Assembly: GCA_028534125.1 (NCBI GenBank)
Contig: CM052816.1
Location: 30,444,001 to 30,508,000 of the forward strand
Length of the DNA: 64,000 nt
Direction of reading: 5' to 3'
From: Lama glama
Lineage: Eukaryota
Position numbers and translations under genes: made by a program
Notes under the pieces: model-generated
The model's database searches: none
What the model was told of the DNA's origin: nothing
Seen by the model: only the letters and a program-made list of their open reading frames with translations
In this document: one piece after another, positions 1-12,960 of the stretch
Layout of the letters: each line of letters opens with the position of its first letter
Position numbering within the stretch: the first letter of the stretch is position 1

Positions 1-2143
1 TCATAATAACGGTCTTCTTCTCTCTGTTTACAAAATTGACTGATGTGGTTTCCAGAAAATCAGAAAATTCAGAAGTTGAGAAAAAGCCAAAAAAAAAAAA
101 AAGTGGAAAGTTGGTAAAATGTCCTAAGCTTTTTAACTTCGTTTTTTCTTAATCTCACTGTCTGAATTTGAAGTTGTTGTAGGCATTCTTTTGTTGTTGT
201 TGTTATAATGTTTTGTGTTAACCTAACACGAATAAATTATCTAAAAGAAAAGACCAAAATAATAAGAAAAAAATTTAAATGAATAAACCATTTGGTGATT
301 TAAACATTGAAAATCCAGAGTTCATACCAGTTAGATTCATCTCTGCAAAATTGCTTCAGAGTTGAAAGCTCATGGGATTATAAAACTGGAGTCTCTTGGA
401 GATTATTCTAAGTGGCTTATTTTGACAAATGAGAAAATTAAAACATTATGACTTACCAGGTGATACAAGTTGGCAAAACTGTTACTGGAGCCAATTATTA
501 GAAATCTCAGTTTATCGTTCTTTCTATGATCTTTGTTTCTATGTTTGTTTCATTAAATTGCCCTTAAAAATGGGGGGAAAAAAACAATTTTTGCTTTTAC
601 TTTTCATTTATAAAAGCTACTAAACAGTGGATGTTACAGAGTAAATGCTTTTTAAAAAAATACACTAATAAAGTGATGATATACATGTGCTAATATTCTT
701 GTATTTGAGGACACAGTTCTTCCAAATGAGAAAAGCAATAGTCTTTGTGTGGATAAGTCTGCCCGTATGTTCTGTGCATATTGTGTTCTCTGTGCCGCAG
801 TGATAAAAAGATCAGGTCTGATTTTCGTATTTCTAGAGACTGATGAATACCCGGTTGTTGGAGGTATCTTCTGAAAACTAGCAAGTTTAAAATAGGAACT
901 AATAAAAGGGAGCATTCATAATAGTGCTAACTCAATAGGAAAATAAAAAGGACTAAAAGATTTAAATGCAGAGGAAGGAAACTGGCCGTTGTCTCTCTGG
1001 TTTCTATGTGGAGAGCTAGGACTTAACTCAAGTGCCTGTATTTTAAAGCCAGCTAGTCTGGTCACTCATCCTGCTGATGACTCGGGAGAGGACCTCTGTA
1101 GATCTCCAAAGCTCTTTGTGGACCCCTCTCTTCTCTGCCCTCTGCCCTGCCATTCCTGGCCGACTTGGCCTCCCAGCCGGTCTAACTCTGCCTACTCAAT
1201 GCAAGGACACACCCAGGCTCTTCCTGGGTTTCCACTTGCAGTGTTGTAGGCTGGGAGTCCTTCCAGGCGATACATGGGGGCCAGTTGTGAGGCTCGTTTT
1301 GTTGCCTGTGCTGCATGATTTCCCATGTCTGAAAACCACTGTTCCTTATTTTTGTCTGTTTTTTTTTTTCAGTTGTATTAGGTGAGAGGATACTTCTAGA
1401 CCCAGTTACGCCATCTTGGCTGACAGGAAAAGCTTTTTTAATGTTTTCATGCAAATCTTGTGACGTAATCTGGGTTTACCCATCTCTGACAGTCTCTCTA
1501 AGCCTAGATGAGAGTAAGAGATGGAAAGATGATCTGAGACTGAGGAGAGTTCATCTACTGGGGTAGAGAAGCCTAAGGAAGGGGTATGGTCAGGCATATA
1601 CTTACAGCATCTCATAAAATGAAGACACGTGCTTTTATATTTTGCTATTACAAAAGGATTAAACTGTCCAACTCTTTCTCTCCTATGGCTTATTAGAACT
1701 ACTAACTTCAGTGAGTAATGCAGAGATTTGAATTTCATATCCTTTTGTCTCCCATAACATCCCCCTTTGAGTGCATTATACAGAAACACACACACACACG
1801 CTATGTTTCACACTGTTTGAGTGTTGCACATGATACTAGAATTGAACATTTTAGTGAAAAATGTGAGCTATTTCTCTCCTTGGATTTATGTAAACAAATA
1901 CAAACATAAAAATGAATTTGACATACCTTCTGCTTCTCTCCTGCAGTTTCTTTGTGTGTTTTCATGCCAATGCTCAGCATCCATTTTTCTTATCTCAGGG
2001 CTTTCCCCCTCCTGAAGTCAGTTTGTTTAACAAAATTTGCCCAATAAATAACCTGGTTAACCTCAACTTCTGTTTTGGCATACTTCTGTTTTTATTGGCT
2101 GGAAAATCCCTTCTTGGCTATTTTAGCTGTAACTCACATGTCT

Positions 2144-2178
2144 TGTATTTAGAAAAATGTGTATTTAGAAAAATGTGT
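2144..2178. repeat. Perfect 16-bp tandem duplication
   Basis: TGTATTTAGAAAAATG at 2144-2159 and 2160-2175, followed by TGT. Confidence 0.9.
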
Positions 2179-3124
2179 TCAGATATATTTCTTACTTTGA
2201 AATTAACCAGTTGAAAAAATCACAGGTAGACAATAATGATTTAAATGGTTTTGGTTCACCTCTTTGCTTTTTATTCAAAAAGTAGCTTGGAGCTTCAGAG
2301 GTAAAAAAGGGATATCATGCATAAGAACACTATCTCTGCCCCTTAAAACCTATGTAATAAACCCAAATAAATAAAAATCAGAAAAACTGATAAAAGAGAG
2401 TACATTGTTATATATTTTGAGAAGACATAGTCAAAGAATAAAAGAGAAGGTTTTGAATAATTTCATTGCTCAAGCAGCTCCAGTTCCCTTCCTATGCTCA
2501 AGTTGGAGGGGGAAAAAAAAAGGGAAGGGACATATCATGAAAAATTTCCTCAATATCTGGCCCCTGCACTCAATGTGGAGAAAAATAAAATGAGCCAGAA
2601 GAAAAGTTCTCCTTAAAATAAAGCCCAGAGAGGGAATTTTTGCAGTTAGATTATAATTAAAAATTTGTGCAATTAGAACATATTCCAGAACCTTTCCAAA
2701 GTGGGACATGGCCTGATGCCTGCCTACCTCTCTGTTATTTCAAATTATGTCCCTTTCAATTGATCCAAACCAATTCAGGAGCTTGGTCTTTGCCAGAAAT
2801 GCTCTTATGCAAGATCTTAACGTAATTAGCTTGTTTTATTTTTCCTTAGATTTCCATGCCAAAAGTGATTGCTTTGGCATATATTCATGATAAAATGAGC
2901 AGAAGAATTCATTTCAGTGACTAAGTCTGAATAAGGCTTGCTCTTGTAGCTTTAGTTATGGAAGAGGACAATAACAGTATTTCTGGGTGGAGGGAGGGAG
3001 TGCAGATGGTTCTGCCTCTTAATCTGGAGCGTGTAAGATTTGTGTCTAGGCTTGAACGCCCATTCTTGAATGTGTTTGGTTTGAAAAAATCAATTGAACT
3101 ATGCAGTTATATTTCATGTGCTTA

Positions 3125-3631
3125 AAAAAAGACTTTTTTTTAAGGGCAGTTTTAGATTCATAACAAAATTGGGTGGAAGATATAGAGAATTGCCTTATAT
3201 GCCTTGACCCCTTTCCCAGACTCCCTCATTATCAATATCTCACAGCAGAGTGGTACATTGGCGACAACTGACGAACCTACATTGACACATAACTGTCACC
3301 CAAAGTCCATAGTTTACATTAGAGTTTACTCTTGGTGTTGACATTCTGTGGGCTTGGACAAATGTATAATGAATTGCATTCTCTATTGCAGTACCATACA
3401 GAATAGTTTCTTCACCCTTCAAATCCTTTGTTGTCTGTCTGTTTATCCCTCCCTGTCCCCTAACCCCTGGCAACCTTTGATCTTTTTGATGTCTTCCCAG
3501 TTTTGTCTTTTCCAGATTGTCATACAGTTTCAATTATGCAGTACATGGCTTTTCATACTGTTTTTTTTCACTTAGTAACATGTATTTAAATTTCTTCCAG
3601 GTCTTCTTATGTCTAAATGGCTCGTTTTCTT
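3125..3631 (-). mobile_element. Old LINE-1 (L1MC-like) 3' end, left part
   Basis: T-rich start then 'gcagttttagattcataacaaaattg...ccaaagtccatagtttacattag', resembling the reverse complement of the L1MC 3'UTR. It continues at 4958 after a nested insertion. Confidence 0.8.
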
Positions 3632-4957
3632 CTCCTCTGCCTCCTCCTCTTTTATTGACATCTAATTGATTTCCAATATTTTTTTAGTTTCAGGTGTACA
3701 GCAAAGTGATTTGGTCATACACATGTAAATGTATACATATATTTCTTTTGGTTCTTTTTCATCATAATTCATCACAAGGTATTGAATATAGTTCCCTGTG
3801 CTATACAGGAAATCCTTGTTTATCTGTTTTATATATGGTAGTGCGCATCTGTTAATCTCATACTCCCAGTTTATCCCTCTGATAATCATAAGTTTGTTTT
3901 TTTATGTCTGTGCATCAGTTTCTGTTTTTTAAATAAGTTTATTTTTACTTTATTAGATTCCACATATAAGTGATATCATGTACTATTTGTTTTTCTTTGA
4001 GTAACTTCATTTAGTATAATAATTTCTAAGTCCATCCATGTTGCTGCAAATGGCACTATTCCATTCTTTTTTATGGTTGAGTAATATTTCATTGTATATA
4101 TATCACATCTTTATCCATTCAACTGTATTTCTTCCATGTCTTGGATATTGTAAATAGATTTCTTCTATGTCTTGAATATTGTAAATAGTGCTGCTATGAA
4201 CATTGGGTGCTTGTATCTTTTTTAATTAGAGTCTTCACCTTTTTTGGATATATGCCAAGGAGTGGGATTGCTATATCATTGGTAGCTCTGGTTTTAGTTT
4301 TTTAAAGAACCGCCATAGTGTTTTCCATAGTGGCTGCACCATAATAACATTCCCATCAACAGTGTACGAGTTGCCTTTTTTTCACACTCTTTTAGCATTT
4401 ATTATTTGCAGACTTTTTGATGATACCATTCTCACATGTGTGAGGTGATACCTCATTGTAGGTTTGATTTGCATTTCTCTCATAACTAGCAAAGTTGAGC
4501 ATCTTTCCATGTGACTGTTGGCCATCCGTATGTCTTCTTTAGAGAAATGTCTGTTTAGCTCTTCTGCCCATTTTTTGATTGGGCTGTTTGTTTTTTTGTT
4601 ACTGAGTTGTATGAGTTGTTTGTACATTTTGGAAACTAAGCCCTATCAGTTGCGTCATTTGCAAATATTTTCTCAAAGCCTGTAGGTTGTCTTTTCATTT
4701 CGTTTATGTTTTCCTTTGCTGTGCAAAAACGTGTAAGCTTGATTAGGTCCCATTTGTTTACTTTTACTTTTATTTCTGTTGCCGTGGGAGACTGACCTAA
4801 GAAAATACTGCTACAGTTTGTGTTAGAGAATATTTTGCCTACATTGTCTTCTAGGAATTTTATGGTGTCACTTCTTATATTTAAGTCGTTAAGCCATTTC
4901 GAGTTTATTTTTGTGTGTGGTATAAGGGAGTGTTCTAACTTCATTGATTTACATGCA
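3632..4957 (-). mobile_element. 5'-truncated younger LINE-1 nested in the L1MC
   Basis: L1 3'UTR ('tagtttcaggtgtacagcaaagtgatt') plus ORF2 C-terminal peptides in the track (4636..4944 KLEHSLIPHTKINSKW...KWDLIKL; 4382..4627 [16 protein letters not shown]...MRYHLT). Degenerate TSD GCTCGTTTTCTT (3620-3631) / GCTCATTTCTTT (4958-4969). Confidence 0.92.
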
Positions 4958-5395
4958 GCTCATTTCTTTCTGGTGCTGAAGAATATTCCATTCTCTGGTT
5001 TACCACAGTGTATTTATTCCTTTCCTACTGAAGGATATCTTTGTTGCCTCCAAGTTTTGGCAGTTATGAAAAAAGTTGCTATAAGCATTCAAGTGCCCGT
5101 TTTTGTATGGACATAAATTTTCAGCTCCTTTGAATAAACGCCAAGAAGCATGGTTACTGTATCATATGGTGAGAATATGTTTAGTTTTGCGAGAAACCAG
5201 CAAACTGTCTTCCCAAGTGGTTGCACCACTTTGCATTCCCACCAGAAGTGAATGAGAATTCCTGTGTCCCCACATCCTCATCAGCTTTTGGTGTTGTTAG
5301 CATTTTGGATTTTCACCATTCTAATCAGTGTGCAGTTGTTTTAATTTGTAATTCTCTAATCACATCTTATGTCGAGCATCTTTTCATATGTTTAT
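4958..5395 (-). mobile_element. Old LINE-1 (L1MC-like), right part
   Basis: Resumes with 'gctcatttctttctggtgctgaagaatattccatt', collinear with the segment ending at about 3631. Confidence 0.8.
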
Positions 5396-6233
5396 GTGAC
5401 AAGTTCTATGAACTTTTCTGTATAGTATACTTCAACAAAAAGTAGAAAAATGTATATACACAGAGTTTTGAGTATGATTTCATATTGTTAAAAACCATAT
5501 AATTGCAACCTAAGGAAATTTAAATAGATGTTCATTTTGAGGATTTTAATTTTTAAAAAATATCAGTTTGTCTTTAGTCTCAGATGTCTCCATATAATTC
5601 TGAAGTCTCAAGTGCCCAAAAGAGAAGTGTCTACTAGTTCTTAGAACTTAGACTTGGCCAAGCCTTGGATAGAAATCTTTCAGTCCTTCACTGAATGATT
5701 CTCACTCACTTTCCACTGCCACCAAGTAGCAACCAAGTCTCCATCTTTATTTTCTCATCCTTAAAGCTCACGTTCAAACTTTCAAAGTGTGTTTCTTTTT
5801 GTTTGCCTTTTAAGTTTATTTTACAAAGTGTTACTTGTGTTCATTCGGTATCAGTGCTATTTATATTCATTTTTAAACATAGTATAGTTGATTTACAATA
5901 CTATATTAGTTTCAGGTGTACAGCATTATGATTCAGTATTTTCATAGATTATAGTCCATTAAAAATCACAACAAATAATGGCTTTAATTCCCTGTACTGT
6001 ACAATATATCCCTGTTATTTATCTGTTTTATGTATACTAGTTTGTGTATCTTAATCCCATGCCCTTATCTCAACCCTTCCACCTTTCCTCTCCCCACTGG
6101 TAAGTACTAGTTTGTTTTCTTTATCTCTGAGTATGTTTCTGTTTCACTACAAATGTTTGTTTTATTTTTTAGAGTCCACAAATAAGTGATATCATACTGT
6201 ATTTGTCTTTCTCTGTCCCTTACTTCACTTAGA

Positions 6234-6239
6234 GACTAT

Positions 6240-6291
<52 letters not shown>

Positions 6292-6297
6292 ATAGTC
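6234..6297. repeat. AT-rich near-perfect palindrome / (TA)n microsatellite
   Basis: GACTATT-(AT)7-G-(TA)9-C-(AT)8-AATAGTC. Confidence 0.9.
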
Positions 6298-7963
6298 AAT
6301 ATACACTAAGTCATCCACATGGCCACAAATGGCAGAATTTCATTCTTCTTTATAGCTAACATTCTATTTCATATATATATGTGTGTGTGTGTATATGTAT
6401 ATCAATTTGCTTCTTAATTCATTTGCTTGTTGATAGACACTTTTATTTCTTCCAGAAATATACCCAAGATTGGCATTGCCAGATTAAAAGATAGTTCCTT
6501 TCTATTTTTTGGAGTAATCTCTGTACTGTTTTCCACAATGGCTGTACATTCCAACTACTAGTGTAAAAGGGTTCCCTTTCTCCACATCCTCACCAACATT
6601 TGTCATTTGTGCTCTTTTTGATCATGGTCATTATGCCAAGTATGAAGTGATATCTCATTGTGATTCAGATTTGCATTTCTCTGATGATTAGTGATTTAAG
6701 AAATTTTTTCATGTGCTTATGAGCTGTGTGTAGGTCTTACTTGAGAAAATGTCTATTTAGGTCTTCTCTCCATTTTGGGGTTTTTTTTTTGATATTGAAT
6801 TTTATGAGCTGTTTTATATGTTTTAGATTTTAATCCCTTGCTGATCATATCATTTGAAAATATTTCTTCCCATTCCATAAGTTGTCTTCTCATGTTGTTG
6901 GTGGTTTCCTTTGCTGTGCAAAAATCTTTTAAGTAAGTCCCATTTGTTTATTTTTGTTTTATTTCTTTTGCCTTAGAAGGCAGATCCAAAAAAGTATCAC
7001 TACAATTTATGTCAAAGAGTATTCTGCCTGTGTTCTCTTCTAGGGGTTTTATGGTTTCAGGTCTTATATGTAGGTCTTTAATCAATCATGAGTTTATATT
7101 TGTATGTGGTATGCAGAAATTTTCTAATCTTTTTTTTTTCACATGTAACTTTCTACTTTGTCCATCGCCAATTATTGAAGGGACTTTTTTTTCCCATTGT
7201 ATAGTCTCAATTCCCTTACCAAAGGTTAATTGAACATAAGTACATGAGTTTATTTCTGGACTCCCTTTTCTATCCCATTGATTTATGGATCTGTTTTTGT
7301 ACCAGTATCTTGCTGTTTGGTTACTGTGACTTTGTAGTATAATCTGAAGTCAGGGAGAATAGTAAGTACAGCCTTGTTCCTTTATCTCAATATTGCTTTG
7401 GCAATTTGTGGTTTTTTGTAGTTCCATATGAATTGTAGGATTATTTTGTCTTGCTCTGTGGAAAACGTCATGCATATTTTGATAGTGATTTCCTTAAATC
7501 TGTAAATTGCTTTGGGTGGTATTGTCATTTTAACAGTATTCATTATTCCAGTCCTAGAACATGGGATATCTTTTCATTTCTTTGTATTATCTTCAGTTTC
7601 CTTCATCAGTGTTTTGTAATTTTCAGAGTATAGTTCTTTCACCTCCTTAGTTAAATTTATTACTAGATATTTATTCTTTTTGATGCAATTTTAAATGGGT
7701 TTTTTTTGCTTTTTCTTTCAGATAGTTTATTATTAGTGTATAGAAAAGCAACAGATTTTGACATATTAATCTTGTATCCTAAAACCTGACTGAATTCATT
7801 TATTAGGTCTAAGAGTTTTTTGGTGGGGAGTTTTGGTTTTTTTATATAAGATATCATGTTACCTGCAATAGTGACAGCTTTACTTTTTCCCTTTGAATTT
7901 GGATGATTTTTATTTCTTTATCTTGTCTGATTTCTTTGGCTAGGATTTTCCAATACTACTTTT

Positions 7964-8174
7964 TTTTGAGCCAAATTTCTTTTTTCTTTTACTTTTTATT
8001 TTTTTATTGAAGTGTAGTTAATTTACTGTGTTAGTTATAGGTGTACAGAAAAGTGACTCGGTTATACATATACATAAATACATAGATATTTTTTCAGATT
8101 CTTTTTCATTACAGCTCATTACAAGAAACAGAATATAGTTCCCTGTACTATACAGTAGGTCTTTGTTGTTTTAA
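7964..8174 (-). mobile_element. Short L1 3' tail nested inside ORF2 of the long L1
   Basis: Poly-T then 'attgaagtgtagttaattt...gttccctgtactatacagtaggt'. It splits the host ORF2 between 'ttccaatacta' and 'agtagtgagact'. Degenerate TSD AATACTACTTTT / AATAGAACTTTT. Confidence 0.85.
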
Positions 8175-11100
8175 AATAGAACTTTTAAAGTAGTGAGACT
8201 AAACATTCTTGTCTTGTTCTTCATTTTGGAAGAAAGACTTTGTTATTCATCATCTGTTATGATGTTAGCTGTGGGTTTATTATGAATGGACTTTATTATG
8301 TTGAGATATATTCCCTCTGTACCCACTTTGATGAGAGATTTTATCATGAATAGATGTTTAATTTTGCCACAGACTTTTTCTGCAGTTTTTGAGAAGATCA
8401 TGTGAGTTTTTACTCTTCCTTTTGTTAATGTGTTGTGTCACGTTGTTTGATTTGTGAATATTGAACCATTCAAGGGTCCTTAGAATAAATCCCCCTGGAT
8501 CATTATGTATGATCTTTTTTATATATTGTTGAATTTGGTTTGCTAATGTTTTGTTGAGAATTTTTGCATCCATCTTCATCAGAGATATTGGCATGTAATT
8601 TTCTTTTTCTGTAGTGTCTTTGGTTTTGGTATCAGTAATGGTGTCCTGATAGAATGAACTTTGAATTGTTCCATCCTCTTCCATTTTTTGAAATAGTTTG
8701 AGAAGGTTAGGTAATAACTCTACCTTGTATGTGAAGCCATCTCATCCTGGACTTTTATTTGCTGGAATGTTTTCTTTTATTACAAATTCAAATTCATGTC
8801 TAGTGATTGGCTTTTTCTTTTTGATTCAGTCTTGGCAGGATATATGTATCTTGAAATTTGTCCATTTTTTCTGGCTTTCTAATTTGTTAGCATACACCTG
8901 CTTGTCATATCTCTGATTTTTTCTATCTATGTGATACGAGTTGTTATGTGTCTTTCTAAAGATTTATCAGTTTTGTTTATCCTCTCAAAAACCAACTCAA
9001 AGTTTCATTCATCTTCTCTCTCTTTTTTTTTGGTCTCTATTTATTCTCTGACCTTTATTCCTTCCTTCCTTCTGCTGACTTTGGGCTTTGTTTCTTCTTC
9101 TTCTTCTAATTCTCTTAGATGGTAGGTTAATTTATTTGAGACTTTCTTCTCGAAAAAGGCCTTTGCCACTGTAAATTTTAATCTTAGAACTACTTTTGCT
9201 GCAGCCCATTGATTTTGCAGTGATGTGTTTCCATTTTCATTTTTCTTAAGATTTTTCTGATTTTCTTTTGATTTCTTCATTGACCAATTGGGTTTTTAGT
9301 AACATGTTATTTAGTCTTCATGCATTTGGTCTTTTCCTCTTTTCCTTTCTGTAGTTGATTTTTAGTTGCATACTTTGTGGTCAAAAAAATTATTGAGATA
9401 GTTTATATCCTCTTAAATTTTTGAGACTTTGTATTGTGGCCTAGCATGTGATCTGTCCTGGAAAACCTTCCATGTCCACATAAAAAGAATGTGTACTGTG
9501 CTGAGATCCCTTAAGCTGTTTTCATTCCTTAAATTTGTTTTTCTTTTTGTTGTTCTCATTGAGTATTTCCAATATTCTATCTTCTAGATCACATAAGTGT
9601 GCTACTGTATTACTTAGTCTGCTATTCATTCATTGTAGTGTGTTTTCTATTTCATCTTTTGAAGTCTTCATTTCTGATTGGGTCTTTTTTATATTCTCTA
9701 GTTCCTTGTTAAATATTTACTGAGTACATGGATTCTTTTTCCCTAATTCAGTTATTGTTATTACTAATGCTTTGAATTTTTTATCTAGGAAATTATTTAT
9801 TTCTGTTCTGTTATCTATTTACTAGGGTTTTTCTTTTGCTCTTTCAATTGAAACCACTACCTTTGCCTTTTCGTTTTGCTTAACTGTTTCTTCATCTATG
9901 AATTTATATGAAATGGTTACCTATTGCTGTCTTGAAGGAGTGTTCTTTTGTGGGAGTGTCCTTATACAGATTGCATGTGCCCAGTGGTGTTTCGTGGGAG
10001 ATCTGGATTTGATGTTGACACAAGTCACTTATTTCCTCAGGATGTGCTGGCAGCTATCACACTGGTAGGAGATGGGGCTGAGGTCGAGGAGCTAGAGCTG
10101 GAGCTGGAGTTGAGTTGAGATGGGACTTGCACTCTGCTCAGTGGCTGTCACCTCCCTATTAAGGGTGGGATTTGATCCCAAGTTGCTGGAGCAGAATCCC
10201 TGAGGGTTGAACCCAAGCTGGTTCTGTTTCCTTTAAGAGTGTGTTTTCCCCTTCCCAGCACTGAGATCCTTGCCCCAGAGTGGGGGGAAATGCTGAAACA
10301 GGGTGGGCCCAGGCCCATGTGGGCTCTTGTCTTGTGGTGGCCACAATCAGAGGTCTGAGCTGTCACTGATGAGCGGCCTGTGCAGTCACCAGCAGTTCTT
10401 TCCCTCACTCCACACAGATGCAGCCTCAGGTTCAAATCCCTTTTTCCCTCAGGGCAGATCACTCCTTCTAGCCTGCTCAGGCCCCGCCCTGTTGTGGACC
10501 CACACCTTAGGATAGGTGGAGATTGCTTGGACTCATGGCCTGTAGTCAGGGTGTGAGCTCTGGTAGACTGGCCACTGTCAGAGTTCTGGGCTGCTTGAAT
10601 AAGAGTCAACAATAGCCACCGCTGCCCTGCTTAGAGACCAAGTACCCTCTGCTTTTCACAGCAGAGTGTTCTCCCTGATTGTGGCAGCCCTAAATCCAGA
10701 GCTGCATTGAGATGTGGAGTAAGGAGAGTTGGAGCATTCGCTTGGCTCTGGCTGGGGTACATGCTGAGGCTGACATGGGAAACCCAGTAGATACTGGAGC
10801 TGTCCTCAAACGGCCTTCTCCTCCCTTCCTTGGGGCCATCTAGCATGTGTGTACTCCTCAGGATCAGAATCCAGGCTTCTCACAGCCCTCCTGTTAGACC
10901 TCCAACCAGTCAAGGGGGTTCATCTTCCCAGTGGAGGACCCCAGTACTGGGCATTCAGTCTGTGTCTCTAACTGCTCACTCTCCATTTTCTTACCAGTTA
11001 CATGATGGACCATTTGGATTCAACCAGTCATACAACTGAACTGGTATTCTAGGCTTAATATGATTTAAGGTTGTTTAGGATGTGTCTCTTTAAGGAAATC

Positions 11101-11544
11101 CTGTACTCGTTTCCTTCTCTGAAAACTTCATCCCACAGGGCCTAACCCCTTTGTGTTGTGTTAGACTTTTCCTGCCTTTCCTAGCAGTAAATTCAGGTGA
11201 ACATAAACTAGGTCTCAAAGTCTTTATTGTTCCCTTATCAACTCAAAACATAATTTGTATCTAATGTTCTAAACAGAATTCTTATTTGTCTGCCACATAT
11301 ATACCCTTTCATGTGTTTAATTATTGAATAATTAGGCAATGAGTGTCTCGGACGTATTATACAGTGAAGGAATTCTCACTGAGTTATGGAGGTGTTTAAG
11401 TGGTATTTGGGGAAAATTGAGATTTTGAAATAGGCTGGGAACAAAATATTTTTCACATTTAAAATAATAGAACAAAGGCTTCTGTTATTTAAAACTTTGA
11501 TATTCAATCCCTTTTCAAAATTGAGTTGACTCAGATAACAAGGC

Positions 11545-12960
11545 ATGTGTGTACTAGCAAATTGAATTAAACAATACAGAAGTAAAATATGCCAATGTAC
11601 CATGGCCAGTTAAGGTTCATGCCATGTATGACTCAACAGTAACAAATACAATACTATAATGAATGAGTCAATTGAAAAATTATTAATTTTATCACCAGCC
11701 CAGTTACTGAATTCTTATATTTTCAACAGTTTTTCAGTTGATTTTGTGAGGGAAGTTTCTAGTATTATAGTCAGATTATCTGAGAGAAAGTGATGATTTT
11801 TCAACTCCTTTATAATTTCTTATTTCTGCAGCTTGTCAAGTTACATCAATTATTTCTTCTAGAAGAGAGTCAAATAAGAGTGGCAGAGCAGGGCTAAATG
11901 ATAGTGGTGACATTGGGGACTATTGTCTTGTTCCTGATTTAAGAAGTATGGATATGCCATATATGATCAAGTTGTATTTCAGATGAGTGGAGAAATACAA
12001 TGATTATTCTATATATATGATTGAGAAGTGACCAGACTTTTTTACTTTATACGTATCTTTCCTCAATAGACCAAAATAAATTTTAGACAAAGTAAAGCTT
12101 TATCTGTAAAGATTTCATTAATGAGCCTCTTAAAAGAAAATAAGAATGAATTTATTTATTGGAATAAGGTAGACTATTCTGAATCATGCAGGAAACCAAG
12201 AATCTATAAAGAAAAAGATTAGGTAGTTTTACTACTTTTATATGATAAAGTAACCAAGGAAAAATTAAATGATACACCATACATGGCCAAAAATTAGTGC
12301 AAATTTTAGATGAAATACAACTTTAGTTGATTTACAGAGATCCCATTAAAGTTAGTGAGAAAAAAGATAAAATTTATAGGAAAAAAATAGATACAGAGCA
12401 TGCATGATTATTTCACAGAATAAAAAATGAAAATGTTGACAAATATATTAAAAACTCAATCTCACCTATAATTAAATAAGTGTACGTCAAGTAACAGTTA
12501 ATATTTTAACCCATCATATTGGCAACTATTTACAGATCTTAATGATAATCAATGTTGGCACAGATATGGGGAAATAGTAACTCTTTTATACTTCACACAA
12601 GAAGCCAAGATACACAGACTGGATATGCTTTGAAGCATAATTTATCATAGTAAAAAGCTAGAATATACTAAATGTCCATTAGCTGGGAAGTGGGTAAAAA
12701 ATTATAACTACACATAACAGCTGTTAAACAGAATGAGTTAAAAGTTATGTGCTTTGATATGGTAATAAGGGATCCTTGGTGAAAATAAACGAGTAAATAC
12801 TGTATGTACCAGTATATACACTTGAGCAGGAGGATGAGTTTTTAGTGATATGGCTTACCTTTGAGGAAATGTGCAGAGGAAAATGGATGTAGGAATGGAA
12901 AAAAGGATATTTGCATTTCATATGAAAACTATGCATTTTCTTACCATTTATATGCAGCAT
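11545..12960. mobile_element. Ancient L1 (L1ME-like) ORF2/3' remnants in mixed orientation
   Basis: Plus-strand ORF2-like 11545-11670, minus-strand ORF2-like 11705-11945, plus-strand ORF2 end/3'UTR-like 12025-12960 ('aaatgtccattagctgggaagtgggtaaaaaattata'). Confidence 0.65.

Larger units (their letters stand above)
5865..10990 (-). mobile_element. Long degenerate LINE-1: 3'UTR, ORF2, deleted ORF1/EN junction, partial 5'UTR
   Basis: ORF2 remnants 8358..8684 ([33 protein letters not shown]), 7663..7857 (KKLLDLINEFSQVLGYKIN) and 9041..9280. The GC-rich 9950-10990 region is homologous to 36380-37390 of the second long L1. Many stops and frameshifts. Confidence 0.95.
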
